Assembly (NCBI GenBank): GCA_016186325.1
Contig: JACPLW010000010.1
Location: forward strand, 22,856-86,855
Direction of reading: 5' to 3'
Length of the DNA stretch: 64,000 nt
Source: Parcubacteria group bacterium
GTDB taxonomy: Bacteria; Patescibacteriota; Minisyncoccia; UBA10092
Position numbers and translations under genes: made by a program. The notes beneath the pieces were generated by a model that did not search any database, had not been told where the DNA came from, and was given only the letters and a program-made list of their open reading frames with translations. This document shows positions 43,105 through 53,828 of the stretch, piece by piece (position 1 is the stretch's first letter; each line of letters begins with the position of its first letter).

Positions 43105-43731
43105 ATGGGTATATCTAAAAAATTAATTGCAATTATTTTACTTGGAAGGCCGGGTTCCGGCAAAGACACTCAAGCCAAACTTTTAGCAAAAAAGTTCGGC
43201 TTGGTTCATCTTATTTCAAGCAAACTCATTGAAGAATCTTTAAAATCTAAAGCAAAAATTATTAAACGCGATAGCAGGGCTTACAATGTGGAAAAAGAGC
43301 GCCGTATTCAAAAAAGCGGTTATTTAAATACCTCTGCTTTTGTGGCAGCTCTGGTAAAAGACGAAATTAAAAAAATCGCGCAGAAAGGTTTTGGATTGGT
43401 AATGAGCGGTTCTCCCAGAACTTTAAGAGAGTTTAAAGAAGAGGCGCCGATGCTTTTAAAACTTTACGGTAAAAATAATATTTATTTTTTTCATATTATA
43501 ATCAGTCCGAATGAGGTTTATATAAGGAATCTGAAACGCCACCGCAAAGATTTGCCCGAACTTGATTCAAGGAAAATAATTAAAAAACGGCTTGAAGTTT
43601 ACAGTCGCGACACCCTTCCGCTTATCAAGTATTTGAAATCTCAAAAAAGAGTCGCGGATATAAACGGCGAACAGTCAATAATGAAAATTCATTTGGATAT
43701 TTTGAAAGTTTTAATGCCGAAAGTAAAATAA
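43105..43731 (+). CDS. adk: Adenylate kinase-like protein (divergent)
   Basis: P-loop GRPGSGKDTQ and its position after secY. Confidence 0.6.
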   Translation: MGISKKLIAIILLGRPGSGKDTQAKLLAKKFGLVHLISSKLIEESLKSKAKIIKRDSRAYNVEKERRIQKSGYLNTSAFVAALVKDEIKKIAQKGFGLVMSGSPRTLREFKEEAPMLLKLYGKNNIYFFHIIISPNEVYIRNLKRHRKDLPELDSRKIIKKRLEVYSRDTLPLIKYLKSQKRVADINGEQSIMKIHLDILKVLMPKVK

Positions 43732-43734
43732 AAA

Positions 43735-43872
43735 ATAGTAAATTTATTTTCTGAAGCTTATGAAGCCATTTTAGCATGGTTACCCGCTAAGCGGGGATAA
43801 AATGAGCTTCATCGGACAGTGAGTCCCGCGCTGGCGGGACGAACGCGCGAAGAAAATAATTTTACTATTTTT
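43735..43872. repeat. MITE-like structured element, family A copy 3
   Basis: Terminal inverted repeats atagtaaatttattttct and agaaaataattttactat. The core ttcatcggacagtgagtcccgcgctggcgggacgaacgcgcga is near-identical to copy 1 (146-295). Hairpin 1 shows compensatory changes (cccgctaagcgggg against ccccgcagttgcgggg). Confidence 0.6.
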
Positions 43873-43895
43873 TATTAAATATCTAAAATAATAGG

Positions 43896-44660
43896 ATGAT
43901 AACAATCAAAACAAAAGAAGAAATAGAAGTTTTAAAAGAAGGCGGGAAAATTTTGGCCGAGGTTTTAAGAGAACTGGCGAAACTTGCTAAACCCAGTGTT
44001 AGCACGGGCTTTTTGGATAAAAAAGCCCAAGAGATGATTTTAGCTCGAGGCGGAGAACCGGCTTTTTTAAATTATCATCCGAATTTTATGGACAGGCCCT
44101 ATCCGGCCGCCCTTTGTGCTTCGCTTAATGAAGTGGTGGTTCACGGCTTGCCTAGTGAAAAAAACATTTTAAAAGAAGGCGATATTTTAAAACTAGATCT
44201 TGGCATCAAATACAAAAATCTTTTTACCGACGCGGCTATTACGGTTGGAATAGGGGAACTTATGGAAGAAAAGCAAAAACTCATTGATGTTACCAAACGA
44301 GCGCTGGGGCTGGCAATAAACGAAGTGAAACCGGGAAATCATATTGGCGATATTGGATTTGCGATTGAAAATTACGTTGAAAGCAATGGTTTTTATGTTA
44401 TAGAAATTTTGGTCGGCCATGGCGTCGGCCATGCCATTCATGAAGAGCCAAATGTTCCTAATTACGGAAAAAAAGGCCAGGGGCCAGAGCTGAGAGCAGG
44501 CATGGTTATAGCAATTGAACCGATGGTCGCATTAAAAGGTAAAGATGTTAAATTATCCAAAGACGGTTTCGGCTACGAGACGCTCGGTGGCTCTCTTTCC
44601 GCCCATTTTGAACATTCGGTGGCGGTTACAGAGGAGGGAAACATAGTTTTGACACGGTAA
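43896..44660 (+). CDS. map: Methionine aminopeptidase type I
   Basis: Pita-bread fold motifs and its position after adk. Confidence 0.8.
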   Translation: MITIKTKEEIEVLKEGGKILAEVLRELAKLAKPSVSTGFLDKKAQEMILARGGEPAFLNYHPNFMDRPYPAALCASLNEVVVHGLPSEKNILKEGDILKLDLGIKYKNLFTDAAITVGIGELMEEKQKLIDVTKRALGLAINEVKPGNHIGDIGFAIENYVESNGFYVIEILVGHGVGHAIHEEPNVPNYGKKGQGPELRAGMVIAIEPMVALKGKDVKLSKDGFGYETLGGSLSAHFEHSVAVTEEGNIVLTR

Positions 44661-44773
44661 AATGGCTTTTTGAAGCCAAATATATGTTGATGTCGCCAAT
44701 ATCTATTGCTTTGCAATACAATGTGTGTTATAATTTTATTAGTTTAGAGAAACAGGGCAAGGAGGAACTTCAC

Positions 44774-44965
44774 ATGGAGTGGTTTATCAGGTTCTGCAGT
44801 TGGTTTTATGGCTTCCCTTTTTGGAAGCCATGTCCGGTGTGCGGGAACAGAAGGCGTTATCTTGTTCTCGCAGAGTCATGCGATTCATTTGCACTTTTCT
44901 CTCGCTGCAAGAACTGTGCGCGCGTGATCATCAATGTATCGAAAAAAAAAATTGTAAAAGATTAA
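44774..44965 (+). CDS. Small zinc-ribbon hypothetical protein (63 aa)
   Basis: CPVCGN...CKNCAR, preceded by aaggagg and an extended -10 tgtgttataat. Confidence 0.35.
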   Translation: MEWFIRFCSWFYGFPFWKPCPVCGNRRRYLVLAESCDSFALFSRCKNCARVIINVSKKKIVKD

Positions 44966-45147
44966 AGATAAGTATGGGGACATGTGTGAAAGCAATTTCG
45001 CCATGTCCCAATTTTTATATAAAAGTTCATTTTCTGTATTTCAGTACTCATCAGTGTATCATAAGCTTCCTATAGGTAAGTTGTGATGCGAGATATAAGA
45101 TATAAAAATAGTAGAAAATAATATTTTGATATGATATTTATAATGTA

Positions 45148-45585
45148 ATGAAGATTTTAGCTATTGATTACGGGAAAAAATGGATTGGGCTGGCGATTTC
45201 TGACGATGGGCGCCGGCTGGCTTTTGCTTATAAAACCTTGGAAAATAATTCCAAAACTTTTTCTGTTTTAAATGAAATAATAAAAAAAGAAGAAATTTAT
45301 AAAATAGTTATTGGCTTGCCTTTGAATAAAGAGATGAAACCGACGCAACAAACAACTGAAACGGAAAACTGGGCGCAAGAACTTATTAAAAAAGTTGCAA
45401 CTCCGACGCCTTTGGGTCGGAGCCCCGACCGGAACTCCGACGGTACCGTCGGAGAAAGCGTCGGGGTTGATTTTGAAAATGAAATTTTTACAAGCAAGGC
45501 GGCGGATAAACTCGGAGTAAAAAACCAGCACGCCGCCGCCGCCGCAATTTTTCTTCAGGATTATTTGGATAGAAATAACAAATAA
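45148..45585 (+). CDS. ruvX: Holliday-junction-resolvase-like protein RuvX/YqgF, with an in-frame family-B palindromic insertion
   Basis: MKILAIDYGKKWIGLAISD N-terminal RNase-H-like motif. The internal segment ...PTPLGRSPDRNSDGTVGESVGV... is encoded by the repeat at 45401-45466. Confidence 0.7.
   Translation: MKILAIDYGKKWIGLAISDDGRRLAFAYKTLENNSKTFSVLNEIIKKEEIYKIVIGLPLNKEMKPTQQTTETENWAQELIKKVATPTPLGRSPDRNSDGTVGESVGVDFENEIFTSKAADKLGVKNQHAAAAAIFLQDYLDRNNK
45401..45466. repeat. Family-B palindromic element (nested hairpins) inserted in-frame in ruvX
   Basis: ctccgacgcctttgggtcggag ccccgacc ggaa ctccgacggtaccgtcggag aaag cgtcgggg. Confidence 0.6.
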
Positions 45586-45587
45586 AT

Positions 45588-45743
45588 TATTAAAATTTAA
45601 TATCTTTGTTCTCACGCTTTTCTCGGTTGCCCCAGCGAGGCAACCGAGAGGATTCGCCCTCGCTCTGTCCCGCAAAGCGGGACAACCGTGCCCGCTCGGG
45701 CTCATAACCCCGCTTTGAAAACAAAGATATTAAATTTTAATAA
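45588..45743. repeat. MITE-like structured element, family A copy 4
   Basis: Terminal inverted repeats ttattaaaatttaatatctttgtt and aacaaagatattaaattttaataa. Internal ggttgccccagcgaggcaacc and gtcccgcaaagcgggac. The core is similar to copy 2. Confidence 0.6.
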
Positions 45744-45747
45744 AAGA

Positions 45748-45925
45748 ATTAAGTCCGCCTGTATCATTTCGAGGAACTCTCGGAGCTCTGCGAGCTGGTA
45801 TTGCCAGAAATTTATTTCTGGCAATTTTGGTCTCGCCGCAGGCGAGTCGCAGAGCGAGAGTGAATGCGCTTCGCCGCTGGAGCGAAGCGACATGTTTCCG
45901 AGAAATGATATAGGCGGACAAAAGA
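45748..45925. repeat. Second composite palindromic element with 18-bp terminal inverted repeats
   Basis: gtccgcctgtatcatttc and gaaatgatataggcggac at the ends. Internal hairpins ttgccagaaatttatttctggcaa, tctcgccgcaggcgag.. and cgcttcgccgctggagcgaagcg. Confidence 0.5.
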
Positions 45926-45970
45926 ATAATAATGGATTTCAATATAAAAATCTGATAGAATAAACTGACA

Positions 45971-46693
45971 ATGTCCAAACATCTTTCGGTTATTATTCCC
46001 GCCTATAATGAGGAGCATCGCATAAAAACCACGCTGGAAGCGGTTTTTAATTATTTTTCACGCCAGGATTATTCTTGGGAAGTTATTATTATTTCCGATG
46101 GAAGCAAAGACAGGACGGCGGAAGTTGTCGTAGAATTTATCAGCAACAAACCGGAGTTTCGTTTAATCGCCAATACGCAAAATCATGGAAAGGGTTACGT
46201 AGTTAGGCAAGGAATGCTTGAAGCCGAAGGCGATTTTCGACTTTTTACCGACGCCGATAATTCAACGTCAATAGAGCAGATTGAAAAATTTTGGCCGTAT
46301 TTAAACGATGGCTATGATATCGTCATCGGATCAATTGAAGTTTCCGGCGCTCAAATTAATGAACAGGCCCAATGGTACCGGCGTATTATGGGTAAATATT
46401 CCAAATATCTAATCCGAATTGTAGCGGGTCTTTGGAGTATTCATGATACCCAGAGAGGCTTTAAATGCTTTACCGCGCTTGCGGCGCGTGATATATTTTC
46501 TAGGACAAAAATTGACCGTTTCGGGTTTGATATTGAAGTATTGGCGCTCGCGAAAAGACTGGGCTATGTAATTAAGGAAATACCGGTTGTTTGGGATAAC
46601 CCCGCGGATTCTAAAGTCAATTTTAAAAGTTATTTCGAGGTGTTAAAAGATTTATTTAAAATTAGATTTTATCTTTGGTTTAATGCCTACTAA
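45971..46693 (+). CDS. Glycosyltransferase family 2 (dolichyl-phosphate mannosyltransferase-like)
   Basis: LSVIIPAYNEE...IISDGSKD...TDADNS motifs. Confidence 0.65.
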   Translation: MSKHLSVIIPAYNEEHRIKTTLEAVFNYFSRQDYSWEVIIISDGSKDRTAEVVVEFISNKPEFRLIANTQNHGKGYVVRQGMLEAEGDFRLFTDADNSTSIEQIEKFWPYLNDGYDIVIGSIEVSGAQINEQAQWYRRIMGKYSKYLIRIVAGLWSIHDTQRGFKCFTALAARDIFSRTKIDRFGFDIEVLALAKRLGYVIKEIPVVWDNPADSKVNFKSYFEVLKDLFKIRFYLWFNAY

Positions 46694-47705
46694 ATCAAAA
46701 AAATATAAAAAGGAAATGCCGGAATTGCGCCAGGACATTGTTTCCGGCGATTGGATACTGGTAGCTCCGGCAAGGGCGCGCCGCCCCGAATTTGTTGTTA
46801 AAAAAACCGAAGAGCGCCAACTACCGAAAGGCGAGTGCCCATTTGACGATCCTCAAAAATTCGGCAACAAGCCGCCAGTTTTGGTTTATCAAAATAAAAC
46901 CGGCACCGACTGGTTTTTACAGGTAATACCCAATAAATATCCGGCGGTTGAATCAGGCAGTTGCGGTCCTGCCAAAAAAACCGGAGTTTACAGCGTACGC
47001 GAAGGCCGGGGCGCCCACGAAGTGATTATTCTTCGCGATCATAATAAACATATCAGCGAATATAAAAAAGAAGATTTAAAATTATTATTTAACGCTTATA
47101 AAGACAGATATAAAACACTTAGTAACGACAAATGCATTGAATATATTTCAATTTTTCACAACTACGGTAAAGAAGCCGGCGCTTCCGTTCCGCATACTCA
47201 TTCCCAGATTTTGGCATTGCCGATTGTGCCGCCGGATATTTCAAGAAGCATTCGGGGTTCGCATGATTTTTTTCATCAGCATAATAAATGCGTCCATTGT
47301 TTTATGATTGAATACGAATTAAAAGACAAAAAATGGATTGTTTTTGAAAATAAAAGCGCGGTTGTTTTGGCTCCCTTTGCTTCGCGTTCTAATTTTGAAT
47401 TGAGAATTTTTCCGAAAAAACATGAAGCGTTTTTTGAACGCGTTGACGGTGACGGCGGAGAACTCTTAGACATAGCCGAAGCGCTTCACGAGGCGCTTGT
47501 TAAAATTCATAAAAATCTTAAAAATCCATCATTTAACTTTTTTCTTCATACGGCTCCCACCATTAAAAATTTAGATTACAACCATTACCATTGGCATTTG
47601 GAAATTCTGCCCAAAACCTCGGTTTTCGGGGGCTTTGATATCGGTACCGGGGTTGATATTATTACGGTGGCGCCGGAAACAGCCGCTAAGATTTTTAGAA
47701 AATAA
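46683..47705 (+). CDS. galT: Galactose-1-phosphate uridylyltransferase (HIT-family GalT-like)
   Basis: CPFD near the N-terminus and the HxHxQ motif VPHTHSQ. Two-domain length of 340 aa. Confidence 0.65.
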   Translation: MPTKSKKYKKEMPELRQDIVSGDWILVAPARARRPEFVVKKTEERQLPKGECPFDDPQKFGNKPPVLVYQNKTGTDWFLQVIPNKYPAVESGSCGPAKKTGVYSVREGRGAHEVIILRDHNKHISEYKKEDLKLLFNAYKDRYKTLSNDKCIEYISIFHNYGKEAGASVPHTHSQILALPIVPPDISRSIRGSHDFFHQHNKCVHCFMIEYELKDKKWIVFENKSAVVLAPFASRSNFELRIFPKKHEAFFERVDGDGGELLDIAEALHEALVKIHKNLKNPSFNFFLHTAPTIKNLDYNHYHWHLEILPKTSVFGGFDIGTGVDIITVAPETAAKIFRK

Positions 47706-48353
47706 ATGGAATTATTTTTTGGTTTTGATCTTGTCACATTCATCAAGGGGGCGGGCTATCTTGGTCTTTTAGGAATTATTTTTGCCGAATCCGGGCTTCT
47801 TATCGGCTTTTTTCTTCCGGGCGATTCCTTGCTTTTTACCGCTGGATTTTTGGCGTCGCAAGGTTATTTCAATATTATCATCCTTATAATCTTATGTTTT
47901 ATAGGGGCGGTCTTAGGCGATAGTTTTGGTTACGCTTTCGGTAAAAAAACTGGGCCGAAATTATTCAAAAGGGAAGATTCGCTGATATTTAAAAAAAGCC
48001 ATCTTGAAAGAGCCAGGATATTTTATGAAACACACGGCGGAAAAACTATCATTTTAGCCCGGTTTATGCCGGTAATCAGAACATTTGCTCCGATTATTGC
48101 CGGCGTTGGAGTTATGAGATATTCTGTTTTTTTGTTTTATAATGTCATTGGGGCGGCCTTATGGGCCGTGGGATTGCCGCTAATCGGTTATTTTTTGGGT
48201 AATGCCATACCCGATGTTGATAAGTATATAATACCAATTGTTATTATGATTATTATTGCTTCTATTGCTCCGCCAATAGTACATATATTGAAAAGCGAAG
48301 AACATAGAAAAGAAATAAAAAAATATTTAAATAATGTATTAGGTAAAAAATAA
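47706..48353 (+). CDS. DedA/SNARE-associated family membrane protein
   Basis: GYLGLLGIIFAESGLLIGFFLPGDSLLFTAGF. Confidence 0.65.
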   Translation: MELFFGFDLVTFIKGAGYLGLLGIIFAESGLLIGFFLPGDSLLFTAGFLASQGYFNIIILIILCFIGAVLGDSFGYAFGKKTGPKLFKREDSLIFKKSHLERARIFYETHGGKTIILARFMPVIRTFAPIIAGVGVMRYSVFLFYNVIGAALWAVGLPLIGYFLGNAIPDVDKYIIPIVIMIIIASIAPPIVHILKSEEHRKEIKKYLNNVLGKK

Positions 48354-48363
48354 ATCTAAAAAT

Positions 48364-49116
48364 GTGAACAACAAAATAATAATTGCCAATTGGAAAATGA
48401 ACCCCTCTTCTCAAGAAGAAGCCATTCGATTGGTTAGGGGTATTTTAGCTAAAACGCTTCCGAAAGACGCTGAACTTGTAATTGCGCCGCCGTTTACATA
48501 TCTCGATGCGGTAAAAAAACTAATCGGAAAAGAAGTTAAGCTCTGCGCCCAAGATCTCGCTTGGGCGCAACGCGGCGCTTATACCGGCGAAATTTCCGGA
48601 TTAATGCTTAAGAATCTCGGATGCGAATACGTGATTATAGGGCATTCGGAAAGGCGTTATAAAATCGGAGAGACCGACGAAGTGGTTAATGCAAAATTGA
48701 AAGCCGCTTTAAGTGCCGGGTTAAAACCTGTTTTAGCTGTCGGAGAGAAGGAACAGGGTGAAGATATAATAAAGACTCTTTCCGGCCAGCTAAAAAACTC
48801 ATTAAATGGAATTGAGGCGGGAGATCTTGACCGTTTAGTCATTGCTTATGAGCCAGTCTGGGCTATAGGCACCGGAGTGCCCGATACGCCGGATCACGCG
48901 CTTTCCGCAGCGCTTTTAATAAGAAAAATAATTACCGGCATATACAGTTCCGATTGGGCAAGCGATCTTCCTATACTTTATGGCGGATCGGTTACAGCGG
49001 AAAATGCCCATGAATACATCGGGCAGACCGGCATAAATGGCGCGCTGATTGGAAGCGCTTCTTTAGAGCTTGAGAATTTTTTAAAAATCATTAAATCAGC
49101 GGAAGCCAATGGGTAG
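48364..49116 (+). CDS. tpiA: Triosephosphate isomerase
   Basis: ANWKMN, IGHSERR and AYEPVWAIGTG. Confidence 0.85.
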   Translation: MNNKIIIANWKMNPSSQEEAIRLVRGILAKTLPKDAELVIAPPFTYLDAVKKLIGKEVKLCAQDLAWAQRGAYTGEISGLMLKNLGCEYVIIGHSERRYKIGETDEVVNAKLKAALSAGLKPVLAVGEKEQGEDIIKTLSGQLKNSLNGIEAGDLDRLVIAYEPVWAIGTGVPDTPDHALSAALLIRKIITGIYSSDWASDLPILYGGSVTAENAHEYIGQTGINGALIGSASLELENFLKIIKSAEANG

Positions 49117-50128
49117 AATTATTTTTTATACCGGTTTAGTAATAGCGGCATTTTTTTTGATTTTTGTTTTTATTTTTTGGTGGCAGATAAGAACGCCTCT
49201 TGACTCTTCCGGGGAAATTTTAATTTTTAAGGTTGAAAAAGGGGATTCGGCCAAAACTGTCGCTGTAAATCTTAAAAAATCCGAGCTTATCAAAAGTTCT
49301 TTTGTCTTTCGTCTTTATGTTTTTTTATCGCTTGGCCAGTATAGTTTAAAACCCGGCGAATATGAGATTTCTCCTAAGATGCCGATTCGGGATATTGCCG
49401 ATACCATGGTTTTGGGAGGTGTTAATGAGGTTTTGCTGACAATTCCCGAAGGTTTCAGTTTAAAACAAATTGAAGATCGGCTTGTCGCGGCAAAACTTGC
49501 CAAGCCTGGCGAGATTGTCTCCCTTCGGGAGATCCCCCATAGGGGGATAAATTCCCAATTTACCGAAAACATTCCCCCAATACTTTCCGGTAAACCAAAA
49601 TATGCTTCTTTAGAAGGATATTTATTTCCCGATACTTACCGTTTTTTCAAGGACGCTTCGTTGTCGGATATTGTAAGTAAAATGGTAGCAAATTTGGATT
49701 CTAAAATTACTCCGAACTTAAAAACTGCCATGGCTGATTCCGGCCGCAACACTTACGAAATTCTTACAGTAGCTTCTCTTATTGAAAAAGAAGTAAAAAG
49801 CGATGCCGACATGGAAGTTGTTTCCGGAATTTTATGGAAGAGGCTTAGAGCCGGCATTCCGCTTCAAGTCGATGCTACCTTAATTTATATTACTGGCCGG
49901 CGCGATATATACGAATCTGACAAAAAGATTAATTCTCCGTATAATACCTACTTTTATCGGGGATTGCCTAAGGGGCCGATTGCCAGCCCCGGGTTAAGCG
50001 CGATTAAAGCCGCCGTTTTTCCAAAAACCAGCCCTTATCTGTATTATCTCTCGGCTAAAGACGGTAAAACAATTTTTTCAATAACGCTCGACGAGCATAA
50101 TCGCAACAAGGCGATTTACTTGAAATAA
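49109..50128 (+). CDS. mltG: Endolytic murein transglycosylase MltG/YceG-like, carrying an in-frame family-C element
   Basis: N-terminal TM and YceG-like domain. The segment GEIVSLREIPHRGINS is encoded by the family-C repeat at 49512-49548. Confidence 0.7.
   Translation: MGRIIFYTGLVIAAFFLIFVFIFWWQIRTPLDSSGEILIFKVEKGDSAKTVAVNLKKSELIKSSFVFRLYVFLSLGQYSLKPGEYEISPKMPIRDIADTMVLGGVNEVLLTIPEGFSLKQIEDRLVAAKLAKPGEIVSLREIPHRGINSQFTENIPPILSGKPKYASLEGYLFPDTYRFFKDASLSDIVSKMVANLDSKITPNLKTAMADSGRNTYEILTVASLIEKEVKSDADMEVVSGILWKRLRAGIPLQVDATLIYITGRRDIYESDKKINSPYNTYFYRGLPKGPIASPGLSAIKAAVFPKTSPYLYYLSAKDGKTIFSITLDEHNRNKAIYLK
49512..49548. repeat. Family-C double-hairpin element (third copy)
   Basis: gattgtctcccttcgggagatcccccatagggggata. 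Confidence 0.65.
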
Positions 50129-50272
50129 CTACTATTGATTCTGAGAATCAATAGTAGGCGCGCTTAAATGAGTCATATTTTTGTAGCTATAGCGAATATT
50201 GACATTTAAGTAATAACTTGTTACCATTTTATGGTAAAAAGAGAGACTTTCTGACAAACAGGAGAGGAAGAA

Positions 50273-50512
50273 ATGCAGGTTGTCGTGGAGGTTGATGACG
50301 AATTAATGTCTAATTTAAAGAAGCTTTCTGGTTTTCACAATGACCATTTGCTCTTTCAATTTTGCCTAAAAGTTGGCGAGCGTGTTCTTAAGACGCTTGC
50401 ACGAGGCGATACTGTATTAATTGAAGTGGCAAATGGGAAGCGGCGATGTGTTGAAATAGATTTTAAGAATCTGCTTACTCAGTATGATACTAATGATGAA
50501 AAGAGGAGATAG
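50273..50512 (+). CDS. Hypothetical protein (79 aa), cassette-like
   Basis: SD aggagaggaag upstream. Followed by the 75-bp terminator module at 50543-50615. Confidence 0.35.
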   Translation: MQVVVEVDDELMSNLKKLSGFHNDHLLFQFCLKVGERVLKTLARGDTVLIEVANGKRRCVEIDFKNLLTQYDTNDEKRR

Positions 50513-50542
50513 TTAGTAGGAATGGCGCTGACAAATTTAACA

Positions 50543-50615
50543 ACACCGAGCCTGAAAGGGCTCGGTGGTTTTTGTTTTTACCCTCCTTCACCCACACTTC
50601 GCTAAAGCTTCGGAA
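50543..50615 (+). repeat. 75-bp terminator-plus-motif module, copy 1
   Basis: caacaccgagcctgaaagggctcggtggtttttgtttttaccctccttcacccacacttcgctaaagcttcgg. Confidence 0.6.
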
Positions 50616-50703
50616 AATAATTTATTTATTTTTTTAGTTCAAGGACAAATAAATTAACTAAATATGGCTTTTGAAAGCCATATTTAGTTACTATTAAGAA
50701 CTA

Positions 50704-50732
50704 TTGCTTTTTTATTTAAATTATGGTATAAT
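50704..50732 (+). promoter_or_regulatory. Strong sigma70-like promoter (TTGCTT, 17-nt spacer, TGgTATAAT) with a leader of about 160 nt before the 50908 ORF
   Basis: Read directly. The leader has complementary segments cacaaagtgat and atcgctttgtg, and a perfect palindrome aactaaatatggcttttgaaagccatatttagtt at 50660-50693. Confidence 0.5.
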
Positions 50733-50907
50733 TAAATTAGTAAAAATAAGCTCCTTATTAATATCACAAAGTGATTGTTCTAAGTATTACTGCAAGACAA
50801 AAGACAAATTATTAGCTTGGTACCGTGTAGTATTTAGAACCATCGCTTTGTGAAACCATAAACGCCAAAACCCAAGTCGCCGCTCTAAGCGGCAAGGAGG
50901 AGAAGAA

Positions 50908-51354
50908 ATGAAGATTGATGTGACCTATGTCATCACCGTCGTTGACCTTGGCGAAGATGATGGACTAGATGGTCGCTTCGTCGTTAAGGGTTTGCCAACC
51001 AGACATATTTCAATGTTCTGGAAAAAGGTTATGAGTATTCGAGCTTGCTTTCCTAGGCCGCCAAAGAAAGGCGCGCGTGAGGATGGCCGTCTACGTATCG
51101 ATTTTCTTATTCCATATGATTACGAGGAATTCTTGATAGCCAATGAGAAGATTCTTAGAATCATCAAGCGTCTTATGCCGGACGCGAAGGTTCACTATCG
51201 TCAGCTTAGTTGTTCTGGCTTTCATATGGCTGACGAAGATTATGATCCATATTATGATCTAGATGACGAGATGCTTCTCGTTGGGGCTTTTACTGAAGAG
51301 GAGCGAGATTGCCTACCGCGCTATCAGCGAGCCGAAATTCTCGGTATCCGGTGA
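50908..51354 (+). CDS. Hypothetical acidic protein (148 aa), cassette-like
   Basis: SD ggaggag upstream. Followed by copy 2 of the terminator module. Confidence 0.4.
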   Translation: MKIDVTYVITVVDLGEDDGLDGRFVVKGLPTRHISMFWKKVMSIRACFPRPPKKGAREDGRLRIDFLIPYDYEEFLIANEKILRIIKRLMPDAKVHYRQLSCSGFHMADEDYDPYYDLDDEMLLVGAFTEEERDCLPRYQRAEILGIR

Positions 51355-51377
51355 CGGTAATACCAATCAAGCTTAAC

Positions 51378-51450
51378 AACACCGAGTTCGAAAGGGCTCG
51401 GTGGTTTTTGTTTTTACCCTCCTTCGTCCACACTTCGCTAAAGCTTCAAG
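51378..51450 (+). repeat. 75-bp terminator-plus-motif module, copy 2
   Basis: caacaccgagttcgaaagggctcggtggtttttgtttttaccctccttcgtccacacttcgctaaagcttcaag. Confidence 0.6.
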
Positions 51451-51481
51451 TGGCACAATAAGGCTTCGGACGGGCAAGTAA

Positions 51482-53524
<2,043 letters not shown>

Positions 53525-53528
53525 AGCT

Positions 53529-53828
53529 ATGGCGCTTACCAAAAAAGAAGTTGAAAAAATAGCCGAACTGGCCCGATTAGGGATAAGCGAAGAAGAAAAA
53601 GAAAAATTCGCCGAGGATTTATCTTTGGTTTTAAGTTACGTTGATAAGCTGTCGGAAGTGAATGTTGAAAAAGTTGAGCCGGTGACCGGCGGCACGAGTT
53701 TGGAAAGTATTGTCCGAAAAGATGACGAGTCAAAAGATATTGCAGGTGATGAAATGAAAGTGGATATTTTAAATGCTGCGCCGGACAAAGAAAACGGCTA
53801 TTTCAAAGTGCCTTCAATACTTAAATGA
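53529..53828 (+). CDS. gatC: Glu-tRNA(Gln) amidotransferase subunit C
   Basis: 99 aa. Overlaps the gatA start. Confidence 0.75.
   Translation: MALTKKEVEKIAELARLGISEEEKEKFAEDLSLVLSYVDKLSEVNVEKVEPVTGGTSLESIVRKDDESKDIAGDEMKVDILNAAPDKENGYFKVPSILK

Noticed and set aside
42966-43169. Track ORF 42966-43169(-) and ORFs 45268-45978 on both strands
   Set aside because: They lie entirely within the MITE-like and palindromic elements. The translations are repetitive and there is no SD.
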